From Alphaproteobacteria bacterium (GTDB taxonomy: Bacteria; Pseudomonadota; Alphaproteobacteria; CAAHEQ01; UBA3637), in assembly GCA_017539265.1 (NCBI GenBank), contig JAFYHG010000008.1, positions 67,354-131,353 on the forward strand: DNA of 64,000 nt, given 5' to 3'. A program made the position numbers and the translations under genes. How positions within the stretch are numbered: the first letter of the stretch is position 1; every line of letters starts with the position of its first letter. Shown piece by piece: positions 43,350 through 52,485 of the stretch. The notes below the pieces were generated by a model. The model saw only the letters and a program-made list of their open reading frames with translations. It searched no databases and was not told the origin of the DNA.

Positions 43350-45103
43350 CGTTTTTTATGCTCCTGACTGATTTCAATGGCCCGCTCGATATAGGCCGGT
43401 TGTTCCCACCGATCACGCGGTTTAACCCGTAAATAGGGTGCAATTCGCGCAATAATTTCTTCGCCCGTCGGTTTTGCCGTCCAACCGGCATTATTGAAGT
43501 ACCAATTCTCTTTTAATTTTTTCGGATCTTCTATCGTCACCAAGACAAGGTATTCCGGCTTATCCATCGGGAAGACCCCCACAAAACTGGTTCGAGAACT
43601 CTTTTTGTTATACTTCCCCGAGCTCATCATATCCGCCGTTCCCGTTTTACCCCCGACCGCATAGCGTAAAATAGGGCTTTTTTTCTTAATATCCCAATTC
43701 ACAACCCCCCACATCAAATGACGCATCTTATCCGAAATTTCTTTAGATAGAACCCGTACTTCGGGCTTTCCGTCATTTCCGCCTTTAATGAAAGTCGGCA
43801 CCCGATAATATCCCCCGTTGGCCAAAGCCGCCACCGCCGCCACCAAATGCAGCGGCGATACCATAACCCCGTATCCGTAAGCCGCCGTTGCCGATGTAAT
43901 TTCCGGCCATTTTGCTTCCTTCGGCCCTCTTGCCCGTCCCCGTTCCGGCAAATTGATGGCTATTTGATCATAGAATCCCATCTTTTCAAAAAAGGCCTTT
44001 TGTTTTTGCCATCCGGCTTTCAGGGCGATTCTGGCCGACCCGATATTGGATGAATGCATCAACACTTCCGGCACGGTCAACCACCGATTTTCGCCCCCGT
44101 TAAAGTCCTCTATTATTTTTACTCTACCCTTCCCGAGGGGGATTTTTAAAGATCCTCTGCCGGCATCTACCGAATCCGTTACTTTTATATCACCGCTTTC
44201 CAATGCCAAAGCCGTATTGAACAGTTTAAAGATAGACCCGAATTCATAACTTCCCAACGTCGCTTTATTGAACCGATTTTCAATTGTCTCTTTGGTTGCC
44301 GGCTGCTCAGGGTCATAGTCCGGTAAAGACACCATTGCCAATATCTCCCCGTTATTGACATCCATTACGATACTGAATCCCCCGACCCCCTGATATTTTT
44401 TGATTCGCTCGGTCAAAACCTGATGCACAATTCCCTGCACCGCGGTATCCAAAGACAGCTGCACATCTTTTTCCTTCAGGTCTTCTTCATGCGCTTTTTC
44501 AAGACCCGCAGTTCCCACATTATCCACGTCAACTCCGCCCAACACGTGGGAAAAGAGTGTCCCCTGCGGATAGGCACGTTTTTCATTATTCGTTTGCTCC
44601 AGATAAGGATTTCCCACCCATTTAAGGGCTTCTTCTTCCTCTGGCGTAATATTGCGCTTAATGTATTGGAACGCCCGCGGACTTTTAAATTTTTCTAAGA
44701 CTTCTTCGTATGTTAAATCCGGTAAAGCCTTTACCAATTCTGCGGCCGTCCGTTCGGGATACTTGATTTTGCGGGGATTAACGGACAAATCCTTTGTCGG
44801 AATGCTGGTTGCCAAAACCATACCGTTTCTGTCCAAGATATTTTGCCGCTTAAAAGCCACCGTTGTTTTCAAAACAGACGGCTTAAAACTGCGTGCTTCA
44901 TAATGCATTACCGTCAAAAAGAAAAGTTTTCCCAAAATTAATCCAAAGGCAATTACCAATGCCCCAATGATAATCCCAGCTCGTGCCTGAGCCGTCTGCA
45001 AAACCCCTTTTGTCGCCGCATCCAAACACCGATATCGGTCCAACTTTTGTTGAGGAATTTCCTGACCGGCATAATAAAAGATCTCTTTTTTCTTTCCGAA
45101 CAT
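43346..45103 (-). CDS. ftsI: Penicillin-binding protein 3 / FtsI transpeptidase
   Basis: N-terminal TM. Transpeptidase motifs SxxK (GSIFK), SSN (HSSNIG) and KTGT (GGKTGTA). Confidence 0.93.
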   Translation of the reverse strand: MFGKKKEIFYYAGQEIPQQKLDRYRCLDAATKGVLQTAQARAGIIIGALVIAFGLILGKLFFLTVMHYEARSFKPSVLKTTVAFKRQNILDRNGMVLATSIPTKDLSVNPRKIKYPERTAAELVKALPDLTYEEVLEKFKSPRAFQYIKRNITPEEEEALKWVGNPYLEQTNNEKRAYPQGTLFSHVLGGVDVDNVGTAGLEKAHEEDLKEKDVQLSLDTAVQGIVHQVLTERIKKYQGVGGFSIVMDVNNGEILAMVSLPDYDPEQPATKETIENRFNKATLGSYEFGSIFKLFNTALALESGDIKVTDSVDAGRGSLKIPLGKGRVKIIEDFNGGENRWLTVPEVLMHSSNIGSARIALKAGWQKQKAFFEKMGFYDQIAINLPERGRARGPKEAKWPEITSATAAYGYGVMVSPLHLVAAVAALANGGYYRVPTFIKGGNDGKPEVRVLSKEISDKMRHLMWGVVNWDIKKKSPILRYAVGGKTGTADMMSSGKYNKKSSRTSFVGVFPMDKPEYLVLVTIEDPKKLKENWYFNNAGWTAKPTGEEIIARIAPYLRVKPRDRWEQPAYIERAIEISQEHKKR

Positions 45104-45405
45104 CAGGGTTTAACCTCCTCATTAACCTGCTTTTCAGGTAGGTCTTGAACCTCTTGTATTTGGTCGGCCATAATTGGGACTAAGTGCGTTTGATTTTTCA
45201 CAAGTTCCATCAATCGTTTCGGATGATTTTCAACCGCCCATTCTGCTTCCAACATATGGATAGCCCGGCTATCTTCAATAATTTTCCTATGGATAGCTTT
45301 TAACTCGTCTTCCTTCTCAATGACATGATATTTTAGTGTAAACATCATCAAACATGTTCCGAATGTTCCTATTAAGCACAACAGCCACACCACCCACCGT
45401 TTCAT
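45103..45405 (-). CDS. ftsL: Cell division protein FtsL-like
   Basis: 100 aa with a single TM (WVVWLLCLIGTFGTCLMMF) and then a coiled coil. Lies between rsmH and ftsI. Confidence 0.75.
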   Translation of the reverse strand: MKRWVVWLLCLIGTFGTCLMMFTLKYHVIEKEDELKAIHRKIIEDSRAIHMLEAEWAVENHPKRLMELVKNQTHLVPIMADQIQEVQDLPEKQVNEEVKP

Positions 45406-46322
45406 TTCGGAAGCCTCCGTGCCGCACGTAATTTTGCCGAATGTGCCCGTGGATTTCTTCTCAACTCCGCCTCTCCAGCCACAACGGGTTTTTTCGTTAA
45501 AATGGTATAAAGCCCCGCTTCTCCCGTCATTTCGGGGGCATATCTGTTTTGATGCGTATGCGCTTTTGAATTTTGTATCAGGAAATTTTTAATCAACCTG
45601 TCTTCCAACGAATGGAAAGACACCACCACCAATCGCCCGTTCGGTTTTAATAAATGAACGGAAGCATCCAAAGCCCGTTCCAATTCGCCCAATTCATCAT
45701 TGACATAAATGCGCAAAGCCTGAAAAGACCGCATCGCACTATCCGATCCGTCTTTAGGCCGTGGCATTACAGAATGAATAATATCCGCCAGTTGCATTGT
45801 TGTAACAATTGGTGTTTCACGTCTGGTTGCCACAATAGCTGCGGCAATTCGACGCGAAGCCTTTTCTTCCCCATAGGTAAACAAAATATCCGCCAATTCT
45901 TTTTCCGACAGGCTGTTTACATAATCTTTGGCCGATCGCCCGCTTTGCCCCATCCGCATATCCAAAGGCCCGTCCAATCGGAAGGAAAATCCCCGTTCCG
46001 CTTCATCAATTTGCATGGATGACACCCCTAAATCCAACACAATTCCGTCCACGGGCTCATCCAAGTGCGCCGCCATGTTACCAAAGCAATCATGGATGAA
46101 AGAAAATCTGTGCGGATACTGCCCTTCGGTTGCCAAAGCCGTCTTCATAGCATTCGGATCTCGATCGAAACCGATAACCCGATTTTGGGAATTAGCCTTT
46201 AAAATTGCCCGCGTATAGCCGCCCGCACCAAAAGTGCCGTCAATAAAGACACCTCCTCCTGCGCAGTCCAAGTACTCCAAGACTTCGTCCAATAGCACCG
46301 GTATATGTGGTTCCGTATTCAT
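45402..46322 (-). CDS. rsmH: 16S rRNA (cytosine1402-N4)-methyltransferase RsmH (MraW)
   Basis: HIPVLLDEVLE, DGTFGAGGY, DLGVSSMQ and SFHSLEDR motifs. Confidence 0.96.
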   Translation of the reverse strand: MNTEPHIPVLLDEVLEYLDCAGGGVFIDGTFGAGGYTRAILKANSQNRVIGFDRDPNAMKTALATEGQYPHRFSFIHDCFGNMAAHLDEPVDGIVLDLGVSSMQIDEAERGFSFRLDGPLDMRMGQSGRSAKDYVNSLSEKELADILFTYGEEKASRRIAAAIVATRRETPIVTTMQLADIIHSVMPRPKDGSDSAMRSFQALRIYVNDELGELERALDASVHLLKPNGRLVVVSFHSLEDRLIKNFLIQNSKAHTHQNRYAPEMTGEAGLYTILTKKPVVAGEAELRRNPRAHSAKLRAARRLPK

Positions 46323-46349
46323 TTAACCTCTTTAAGATTTCACTTCGCC

Positions 46350-46378
46350 ACTATACCTGATTTTCAATTTTTTTGCAA
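46350..46378 (-). promoter_or_regulatory. Candidate sigma70 promoter of the dcw cluster
   Basis: Minus strand reads TTGCAA-17 nt-TATAGT, about 27 nt upstream of the rsmH ATG. Confidence 0.5.
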
Positions 46379-46491
46379 TCTTTTTATGGTAATTTTTTAT
46401 GCAAATAGGTGCCTTTTAAAAACGCCAAAAAAAATCGCTTATTTTTAAAGTACTTTCACTTGAAAGTGCCTTATTATTATAACACAAAAAT

Positions 46492-48066
46492 CTATCTTCC
46501 CTGATTATTCGGATTGGGCCTTGCCTTTTGCGTCTGAATTTCATACTTTTCTTTTTCCTGTTTCAGGTAAGTTTCGACCTGAACCCTTCCGGAACTATTC
46601 GGAATTTTTTGTGCTTTTTCCAACAGCTCCTCAATCAACCGATTTTGGTTCGACTCAGACAACTTTGCTTTTTTGATTTCCGGATACAAAAACGGTAAGT
46701 TTTCGGGCTTTGCCGGCGATAAAATATATTTTGAAATATGCCATGCTTTCATTTGATCCGTTATAGCATCAACCGACCGCCGATCTCCCCGTTTCATGGC
46801 CTCTTGAACCTCCTGCGCTGCTATTTCCGGCGCCAACTTTCCCCCGACTTTTTTCAAAATCGATACCAAAGAGGCCTGATCACCAACTGCCAACGCCCGT
46901 TTTTTCGCCTGTTGATAAAAATATTCCCCATTTGACATTCTTTGCAGATAGAAAGCCGCATCCCCTGATTCTATCCGAACGGAATGCTGTGACAGTAAAT
47001 CCAACATGGCTTTTCCAAACTGTTTTTCTTCGGACATTTTTTCTGTTAATTTATGTCCTTCTTTGATGTTTTTTATTGTAAATCCGCTATTTACCCCGCG
47101 CATAATATCCTTCATTGATCGGAAATCATCAGGGTACTCAACAAAGTGCCGCAACATCGTCCGCACAAAATTCAAGCCGTCCTCGTTTTCCTGTGCTTCC
47201 GGATCATCAATCCCCCTTTCCTTTCCCGAAACAACCTTCATAAAATGGGAATGATCATCTCTGTTCTCGCCGAAAGTTTTCTGGGTTGTCAATTCCTTAA
47301 AAACCATTAAAGCTTCGTTTTCTGAAGTCGGTATGATAGCGCTTCTGCCCTCCATGGTTTGCCCATGTAACAACTTGTATACATTGTCCTCTGCCAATAT
47401 ATCTTTATCCGCATACGAATCGTCTGCCAATGAAACTACATTCAAGTGCTTAACACCCGTATCCTGTTCCATCGGTTTTCGAGATGCCAAATGAAGCATC
47501 CGCACATTTCCCAAAACTTCCTTTTCCCGTCCCGGATAAAACTCCTTTACTTTTTCCTGCAGCATCAATTCCATTTGCCGGGCAAACATACTGCCGTGAC
47601 AGTGCGTAACAAAAGTTACGTTTTGCAAATTACGAACACTTTCCTCAATCGGGCGAGGTTTTCCGTCCGGCGATTGAACCAAAGCCAATAAGTAAGCATC
47701 AAAAAAAGGCTTCCAATAATCGGTAATTTTATCAGGTTCCTGTAATCCGTATCGGGTCATCCCTTCTTTTTCCAACATTTGTTGTCGATGATCTTGCGTA
47801 TCGGTATCAAATCCCACACTATAAAAATCGGGCATATCTTCCGGTGCCATACCGGCATTTTCCAGCATTCGCCGCATATTTGAACAACATCCGTTCATTT
47901 CTTCATCATAAATAACACCGTCGCCGGGGAAACAAATCATGCTCTTTTTCCCCAACCAAGATTCTTCTGATAAAGGTCCCCTTCGATGGGTATAGATAAT
48001 CTTCCACCCTTCCGGATATTCTTCCGTTTTGGGAACTCTTTTCCCTAATTTCAGTGTGGCACCCAT
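46492..48066 (-). CDS. Hypothetical protein (524 aa), no recognised family
   Basis: Start moved to MGATLKLGKR, preceded by AAGGAG. Soluble and charged. Contains VTFVTHCHGSMF, a possible nucleophile-elbow-like segment, and a helical K/E-rich C-terminal half. Confidence 0.6.
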   Translation of the reverse strand: MGATLKLGKRVPKTEEYPEGWKIIYTHRRGPLSEESWLGKKSMICFPGDGVIYDEEMNGCCSNMRRMLENAGMAPEDMPDFYSVGFDTDTQDHRQQMLEKEGMTRYGLQEPDKITDYWKPFFDAYLLALVQSPDGKPRPIEESVRNLQNVTFVTHCHGSMFARQMELMLQEKVKEFYPGREKEVLGNVRMLHLASRKPMEQDTGVKHLNVVSLADDSYADKDILAEDNVYKLLHGQTMEGRSAIIPTSENEALMVFKELTTQKTFGENRDDHSHFMKVVSGKERGIDDPEAQENEDGLNFVRTMLRHFVEYPDDFRSMKDIMRGVNSGFTIKNIKEGHKLTEKMSEEKQFGKAMLDLLSQHSVRIESGDAAFYLQRMSNGEYFYQQAKKRALAVGDQASLVSILKKVGGKLAPEIAAQEVQEAMKRGDRRSVDAITDQMKAWHISKYILSPAKPENLPFLYPEIKKAKLSESNQNRLIEELLEKAQKIPNSSGRVQVETYLKQEKEKYEIQTQKARPNPNNQGR

Positions 48067-48215
48067 TTTTTCTCCTTCATATTTAATTATAGCATTTTTT
48101 TGCCTTCTGTCCAGAAAAAACACCATTTAAAAAAATGTAATTACTTTGTGATTATTTTTGTTGCTTTTTTATTTTTTATCCGATATAGTGGATTTGTAGT
48201 TGTCAGGAGGTCCTT

Positions 48216-49742
48216 ATGAAAAAGAGAAACAGAGAAACTTTAACCATTTTAGAACCCGAAATTCCCCAAAAGCGCCTATGGTGGCAAAATAAGTATATGT
48301 GGCTGTCTTTGGGCTTTTGCATTGGCTGGATAGCATTTATCGGTTATTACCTCATCGAAACGGGGTGGTGGCAAAGCCGATTTGATTTAACCCTTACGCA
48401 ATTCATCGGTGATTTGGGCGGTATGGCCATGCCGATGGTGATATTTTGGTTGATTTGCGCCTACGTCGATCGTACCAATCAGTTAGAGGCCGAAGCCGAA
48501 ACCCTCAAATCTTATCTTAACGAACTCGTTTATCCGACCGAAGAAGGCGCGATTTACACGCGTACATTAACCGATGCCCTACGCACACAGATTAAGGAAT
48601 TTCGTTCTGTTTTTCAAGAGGTTAACACAGAAACCCAAGTCGTCCGTGATGATTTAAAGCGTTGGGTTCGGGACTTAAGTGCGGTTATTAAGCACGCCAA
48701 CACCAAAACGATCGCCTCTATTCGTGAAATTGCGCGCCACATTCAGAATATAGCGGCCTCAACGGAACTTGCGAATGCGCAAGCCGAAAAGACTTCCGCT
48801 CTTTTTTCCGAACAGGCTGCCATCTTGGAACGCGTGGTGGAAAGTACCGTACGATCCACACGGGCTCTGTCGCAATCCTTAAACGGTAATGCGGTCGATA
48901 TGAATAAGCTGTTGCAGGAAATCAATTCCGTCAACGTTCAAACGGCGCAAGTTTTGGCCAAATCCGACCAAGTTATGACCTCTCTGGGCCAAAACGGAGT
49001 TAAGATTGAAGAATCCATCAATTTGTATGAGAGCAGCGCCCGTCAACAAAACGCCCGTCTGTTCGGTAATCTGGAAAAAGTACTTTCCGTCTTTCGGGCA
49101 CACGGTGATTTGCTTGAGCAAGAGGTTGAACGCACCACAAACCGTTTAACCGCCGTAGAAAACACCCTCAAGACTCAGGCCACAGCCACCTTTGCCGCTG
49201 CCGATAAAGCCATTACAAAGGTGGATGAAACCACCGCGGCCATCGGCAACATTAAGACCGAAATGGCCGAAGCCGTCAATACTTTCCGGGCCGAAGCCGC
49301 CACGGTTATCGGGCAAATTGATAAAGCCGGTAAGAAAATCGGTAAAACGCCTGTCGTTCATCAAATTCGGACGGATGATTTATTGCAAAAAGCCTCCGAA
49401 ATTCTGGCGCGACTTCAAACCTATTCGGTGGACATGGCTCATTTATTCGCGCCCAAGGCCGAAGAATCGCTGTGGGAGCGCTATTATAACGGCGACAAAA
49501 CCGTCTTTATGCGGCATATAAAGTCAGAATTGAAACCCGCCAAGTATAAAAAATTGACGGACTTATACGCATCGGATACGGAATTCCGTGATTCGGTGGA
49601 TAAATACATGTCCGCGTTTGAAGAAATGACTCAATCCCTCGGTAAAGGGGACGAAAGCAAGCTGCTCATGAGTGTTGTCATCGGCTCGGATGTCGGGCGC
49701 CTGTATATGGTGCTGGCTGATATCCTGAAAGGAAAGAAATAA
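48216..49742 (+). CDS. Hypothetical membrane-anchored coiled-coil protein
   Basis: RBS AGGAGG. Two N-terminal TM segments (YMWLSLGFCIGWIAFIGYYLI and LGGMAMPMVIFWLICAYV). About 400 aa of Ala/Gln/Glu-rich helical sequence follows. Confidence 0.65.
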   Translation: MKKRNRETLTILEPEIPQKRLWWQNKYMWLSLGFCIGWIAFIGYYLIETGWWQSRFDLTLTQFIGDLGGMAMPMVIFWLICAYVDRTNQLEAEAETLKSYLNELVYPTEEGAIYTRTLTDALRTQIKEFRSVFQEVNTETQVVRDDLKRWVRDLSAVIKHANTKTIASIREIARHIQNIAASTELANAQAEKTSALFSEQAAILERVVESTVRSTRALSQSLNGNAVDMNKLLQEINSVNVQTAQVLAKSDQVMTSLGQNGVKIEESINLYESSARQQNARLFGNLEKVLSVFRAHGDLLEQEVERTTNRLTAVENTLKTQATATFAAADKAITKVDETTAAIGNIKTEMAEAVNTFRAEAATVIGQIDKAGKKIGKTPVVHQIRTDDLLQKASEILARLQTYSVDMAHLFAPKAEESLWERYYNGDKTVFMRHIKSELKPAKYKKLTDLYASDTEFRDSVDKYMSAFEEMTQSLGKGDESKLLMSVVIGSDVGRLYMVLADILKGKK

Positions 49743-49963
49743 TGCGCGTAAAACTCGTCAAAATCGGAAATTCTACGGGCATTCGCCTTCCGAAAAACGT
49801 GATTCAAGATTGCGGTTTCGAAGGTGAAGTTGAACTTTCCGTTCAGAATAAAAATGTCATTTTATCCTCTCCCAAAGAGGGACGCACCGCTTGGGCAGAA
49901 TTATTTCAAGAAAGTATCCGGCAAAAACCGGTTCAGGAAAAAGGAGGCGAATGGGAATGGTAA
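49742..49963 (+). CDS. mazE: Type II antitoxin, AbrB/MazE (SpoVT-AbrB) family
   Basis: MRVKLVKIGNSTGIRLPKNVIQ is the canonical looped-hinge-helix start. 73 aa. The ATG overlaps the upstream stop (TAATG). Confidence 0.85.
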   Translation: MRVKLVKIGNSTGIRLPKNVIQDCGFEGEVELSVQNKNVILSSPKEGRTAWAELFQESIRQKPVQEKGGEWEW

Positions 49964-50256
49964 AACGGTTTGATGTCTATTTATGTGAAGATCATGCGAA
50001 ATTGCGCCCGTGTGTTATTTTATCACCGGACGAAATGAACGGGGCTCTTCCCTATGCTTTAATGGCGCCGATTACAACAAATGAGCGTCTGTTCCCCTCA
50101 CGGGTCGGTATCCGCCTCAAAGGGAAACAAGGCCAAGTTGCCCTTGACCTGATGCGTACGGTTTTACAATCTTCCTTAAAGGATAAGATGGGTACATTAC
50201 CTGAAAACACGCGCCTTGAAATCGCGGACATTTTGAAACGTATGTTCACAATTTAG
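49951..50256 (+). CDS. mazF: Type II toxin, PemK/MazF-family endoribonuclease
   Basis: Start at MGMVKRFDVYL overlaps the mazE 3' end. PemK-like segments RPCVILSPDEM, APITTN and VALDLMRTV. Confidence 0.82.
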   Translation: MGMVKRFDVYLCEDHAKLRPCVILSPDEMNGALPYALMAPITTNERLFPSRVGIRLKGKQGQVALDLMRTVLQSSLKDKMGTLPENTRLEIADILKRMFTI

Positions 50257-50284
50257 GAAAGGAATATAATTTAACTTTATCAAA

Positions 50285-50313
50285 AACCTCCACTCGTTTC
50301 GTGGAGGTTTTTC
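50285..50313. terminator. Hairpin terminator between convergent mazF and the DUF2059-like gene
   Basis: aacctccac-tcgtttc-gtggaggtt 9-bp stem followed by tttt. Confidence 0.7.
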
Positions 50314-50314
50314 A

Positions 50315-50812
50315 TTACATGCCCATTTTGGACTTAATGCAAATTTCCTTCTGATCTTGGGAACGTTTCGGATATTTTTGGGCGTATTTTTTCCCCAATT
50401 CCATAAATTTCGGACCCTTGTCCTGCCCCCATTTTTGGCCTTCTGTCATAGCAAATTGCATATATTGCGGCATTAATTCTATGGTCTTTTTACCGGCATC
50501 TGTTTTATAAAAAGCAAGCACTTGATCTAATTCCTTGTCCGTATAATTTTGAATCCAAAATTGGGAAAAGGTATGCATCAATGATTGTATATCAAGAATT
50601 TCCATAAATTCTTTTTTGAATTCCTCTTCTTCTGCCGGTGTCATCTCCAATTCACAGGTTACTTGTGGTATGGTTTGGTCATACATGGAATCAAACATTG
50701 CCTGAGTATTCATTAAAGCAAGCAATTCTTCGGCTTTTTCTTGTTTCGTGGAACCAAAGGCCGACCCCGCCATCATCAAGACACCTACCGATACGGCAAC
50801 TATTTTTTTCAT
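50315..50812 (-). CDS. Periplasmic DUF2059-like protein
   Basis: Start moved to MKKIVAVSVGVLMMAGSAFG (signal peptide, RBS AGGAG). YTDKELDQVLAFYKTDAGKKTIELMP matches my recollection of the DUF2059 core. Confidence 0.65.
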   Translation of the reverse strand: MKKIVAVSVGVLMMAGSAFGSTKQEKAEELLALMNTQAMFDSMYDQTIPQVTCELEMTPAEEEEFKKEFMEILDIQSLMHTFSQFWIQNYTDKELDQVLAFYKTDAGKKTIELMPQYMQFAMTEGQKWGQDKGPKFMELGKKYAQKYPKRSQDQKEICIKSKMGM

Positions 50813-51058
50813 TTTAATTCTCCTAAAATTTACATAGATTTTCAAGGTTCGATATCTCCCCTTATCCCCAGATTAGTCCAAAACAGATCCCATGTCAAAG
50901 AAAATTATTTTTATTTTCAGGATTATCTTTGATGTTTTTTAGCCCTTCCTTCAACAAATTTATCTTGCATTTCAAGGAAATCTGTGTAATTTTGGTCAGA
51001 TAGGTTATCTGATACCTTATTTATTCACTCAACCCTGTCATATAAAAGGAGTTTTAAA

Positions 51059-51721
51059 ATGGCAAACATAAAAGATCTTAACATCAAGCATTATTTCATA
51101 AAGAAAAATCTGTATCAATCTTATTTAAACGAACAAAAACACCACAAAAAAGAAATTTTAAAGGAAGAAGAAAGACTAAAAAAACAACATCTTCAAAATG
51201 AAAAATATAAATCCCTTCCCGAATATGAATGGCTTCGTTCGGATAAGTTTTTGTATGACGAACAACTTCAACTGGAATCTTCTATTTCTTCCATTGTTTC
51301 CTATTACAAACATCGTTTGGAAAAACTTCCCCAAGAAATCGCTTATGAAAAATCCGAAATGAACCGGTTAAAAAAACTTATTTTAGCCCAAAATCCCTCT
51401 TTTGATTTCAATGTTTCGGAAAAACCCGCAAAAAGAAATTACAAAAAAGAAATTGAATTTCAAATTGAAAAATTAGGTTCATACGAAAAAATCTTACAAG
51501 AAAAGAACCAGGAATTAAAATCTCTAAACGATAAATTGAATAAAGTCCAATCTGTCGGCAGAAAATCAAAAGACGATAAAAAACATGAGCAAGACTACAT
51601 TAAATCCATATCGGACGTTCGCTTTTCAATCAATCGGATGATGAACTGCATTACCGGTGTCAACATTCAACTGGCCGATATTGTTAAGGATGAATATCAA
51701 AGTAAGGTATCCAAGAAATAA
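51059..51721 (+). CDS. Hypothetical Lys/Glu-rich coiled-coil protein in an A/T-rich islet
   Basis: RBS AAAGGAG 8 nt upstream. 220 aa of highly charged helical sequence. A hairpin terminator follows. Confidence 0.55.
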   Translation: MANIKDLNIKHYFIKKNLYQSYLNEQKHHKKEILKEEERLKKQHLQNEKYKSLPEYEWLRSDKFLYDEQLQLESSISSIVSYYKHRLEKLPQEIAYEKSEMNRLKKLILAQNPSFDFNVSEKPAKRNYKKEIEFQIEKLGSYEKILQEKNQELKSLNDKLNKVQSVGRKSKDDKKHEQDYIKSISDVRFSINRMMNCITGVNIQLADIVKDEYQSKVSKK

Positions 51722-51753
51722 TTTCTTTTCAAAGTTTAGAAACTTTCACTTTT

Positions 51754-51782
51754 TAGGCGGGCATCAACCCGCCTAAATTTTT
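51754..51782. terminator. Hairpin terminator between convergent genes
   Basis: taggcggg-catcaa-cccgccta 8-bp stem followed by aattttt. Confidence 0.7.
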
Positions 51783-51801
51783 CATCCGTTTGAACCTTAA
51801 A

Positions 51802-52485
51802 TTACTTCTGGAAACAAGCCAACGCCACAATGGATGCCGTTTCCGCACGCAAGATTGTATGCCCAAAATGCCAAAATTTCGCGCCTTTCCGTTCAAACAG
51901 AGCCAGTTCTTTATCCGTCCATCCGCCCTCGGGCCCCACACATAGGGCCGGCACAAAATCTCCCTTAATTTTCCCCATACTTTTTCCCCGCTCGGCCAAA
52001 CAAACCACTTGTATCTCTGTGGGCAAAACACTCCATAGTTCCGCCAATTTCACGGGTTCATGCACCACGGGAACGGTCAATCGTTCACACTGTTCGGCAG
52101 CCTCTGTCACGATACTTTGTGCGCGCACCAAATTTAATTTCGCCACAACCGTTCTTTCGGTTACAAGGGGGAAAATTTCACTTACCCCCAATTCGGTCGC
52201 CTTTTGAAGGACAAGATCCATATTTTCTTTTTTAATCAACGCCGGACATAAAATAATTCGGGATTCTGCTTCTTGCGGGCGCAGTTGTTTTTCCGTTTGC
52301 ACGCTCCCCCGCTTTTTATTCAACACCCCAATAACGCTCTGCCATTCACCATCCACACCGTTAAACAGGATCAGTTTATCACCTTCTTTTTGGCGCATCA
52401 CGTGCAGCAAATAGTGGACTTGATTTTCGGCTAATTCCACCGTTTTTTGAATTCCCAAAGGCGTATTCGCGAAAATCCGAATCAT
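51802..52485 (-). CDS. rsmE: 16S rRNA (uracil1498-N3)-methyltransferase RsmE
   Basis: MIRIFANT...HYLLHVMRQKEGDKLILFNGVDGEW N-terminal PUA-like region. C-terminal GPEGGW and LRAETA SPOUT-knot motifs. Confidence 0.88.
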   Translation of the reverse strand: MIRIFANTPLGIQKTVELAENQVHYLLHVMRQKEGDKLILFNGVDGEWQSVIGVLNKKRGSVQTEKQLRPQEAESRIILCPALIKKENMDLVLQKATELGVSEIFPLVTERTVVAKLNLVRAQSIVTEAAEQCERLTVPVVHEPVKLAELWSVLPTEIQVVCLAERGKSMGKIKGDFVPALCVGPEGGWTDKELALFERKGAKFWHFGHTILRAETASIVALACFQK

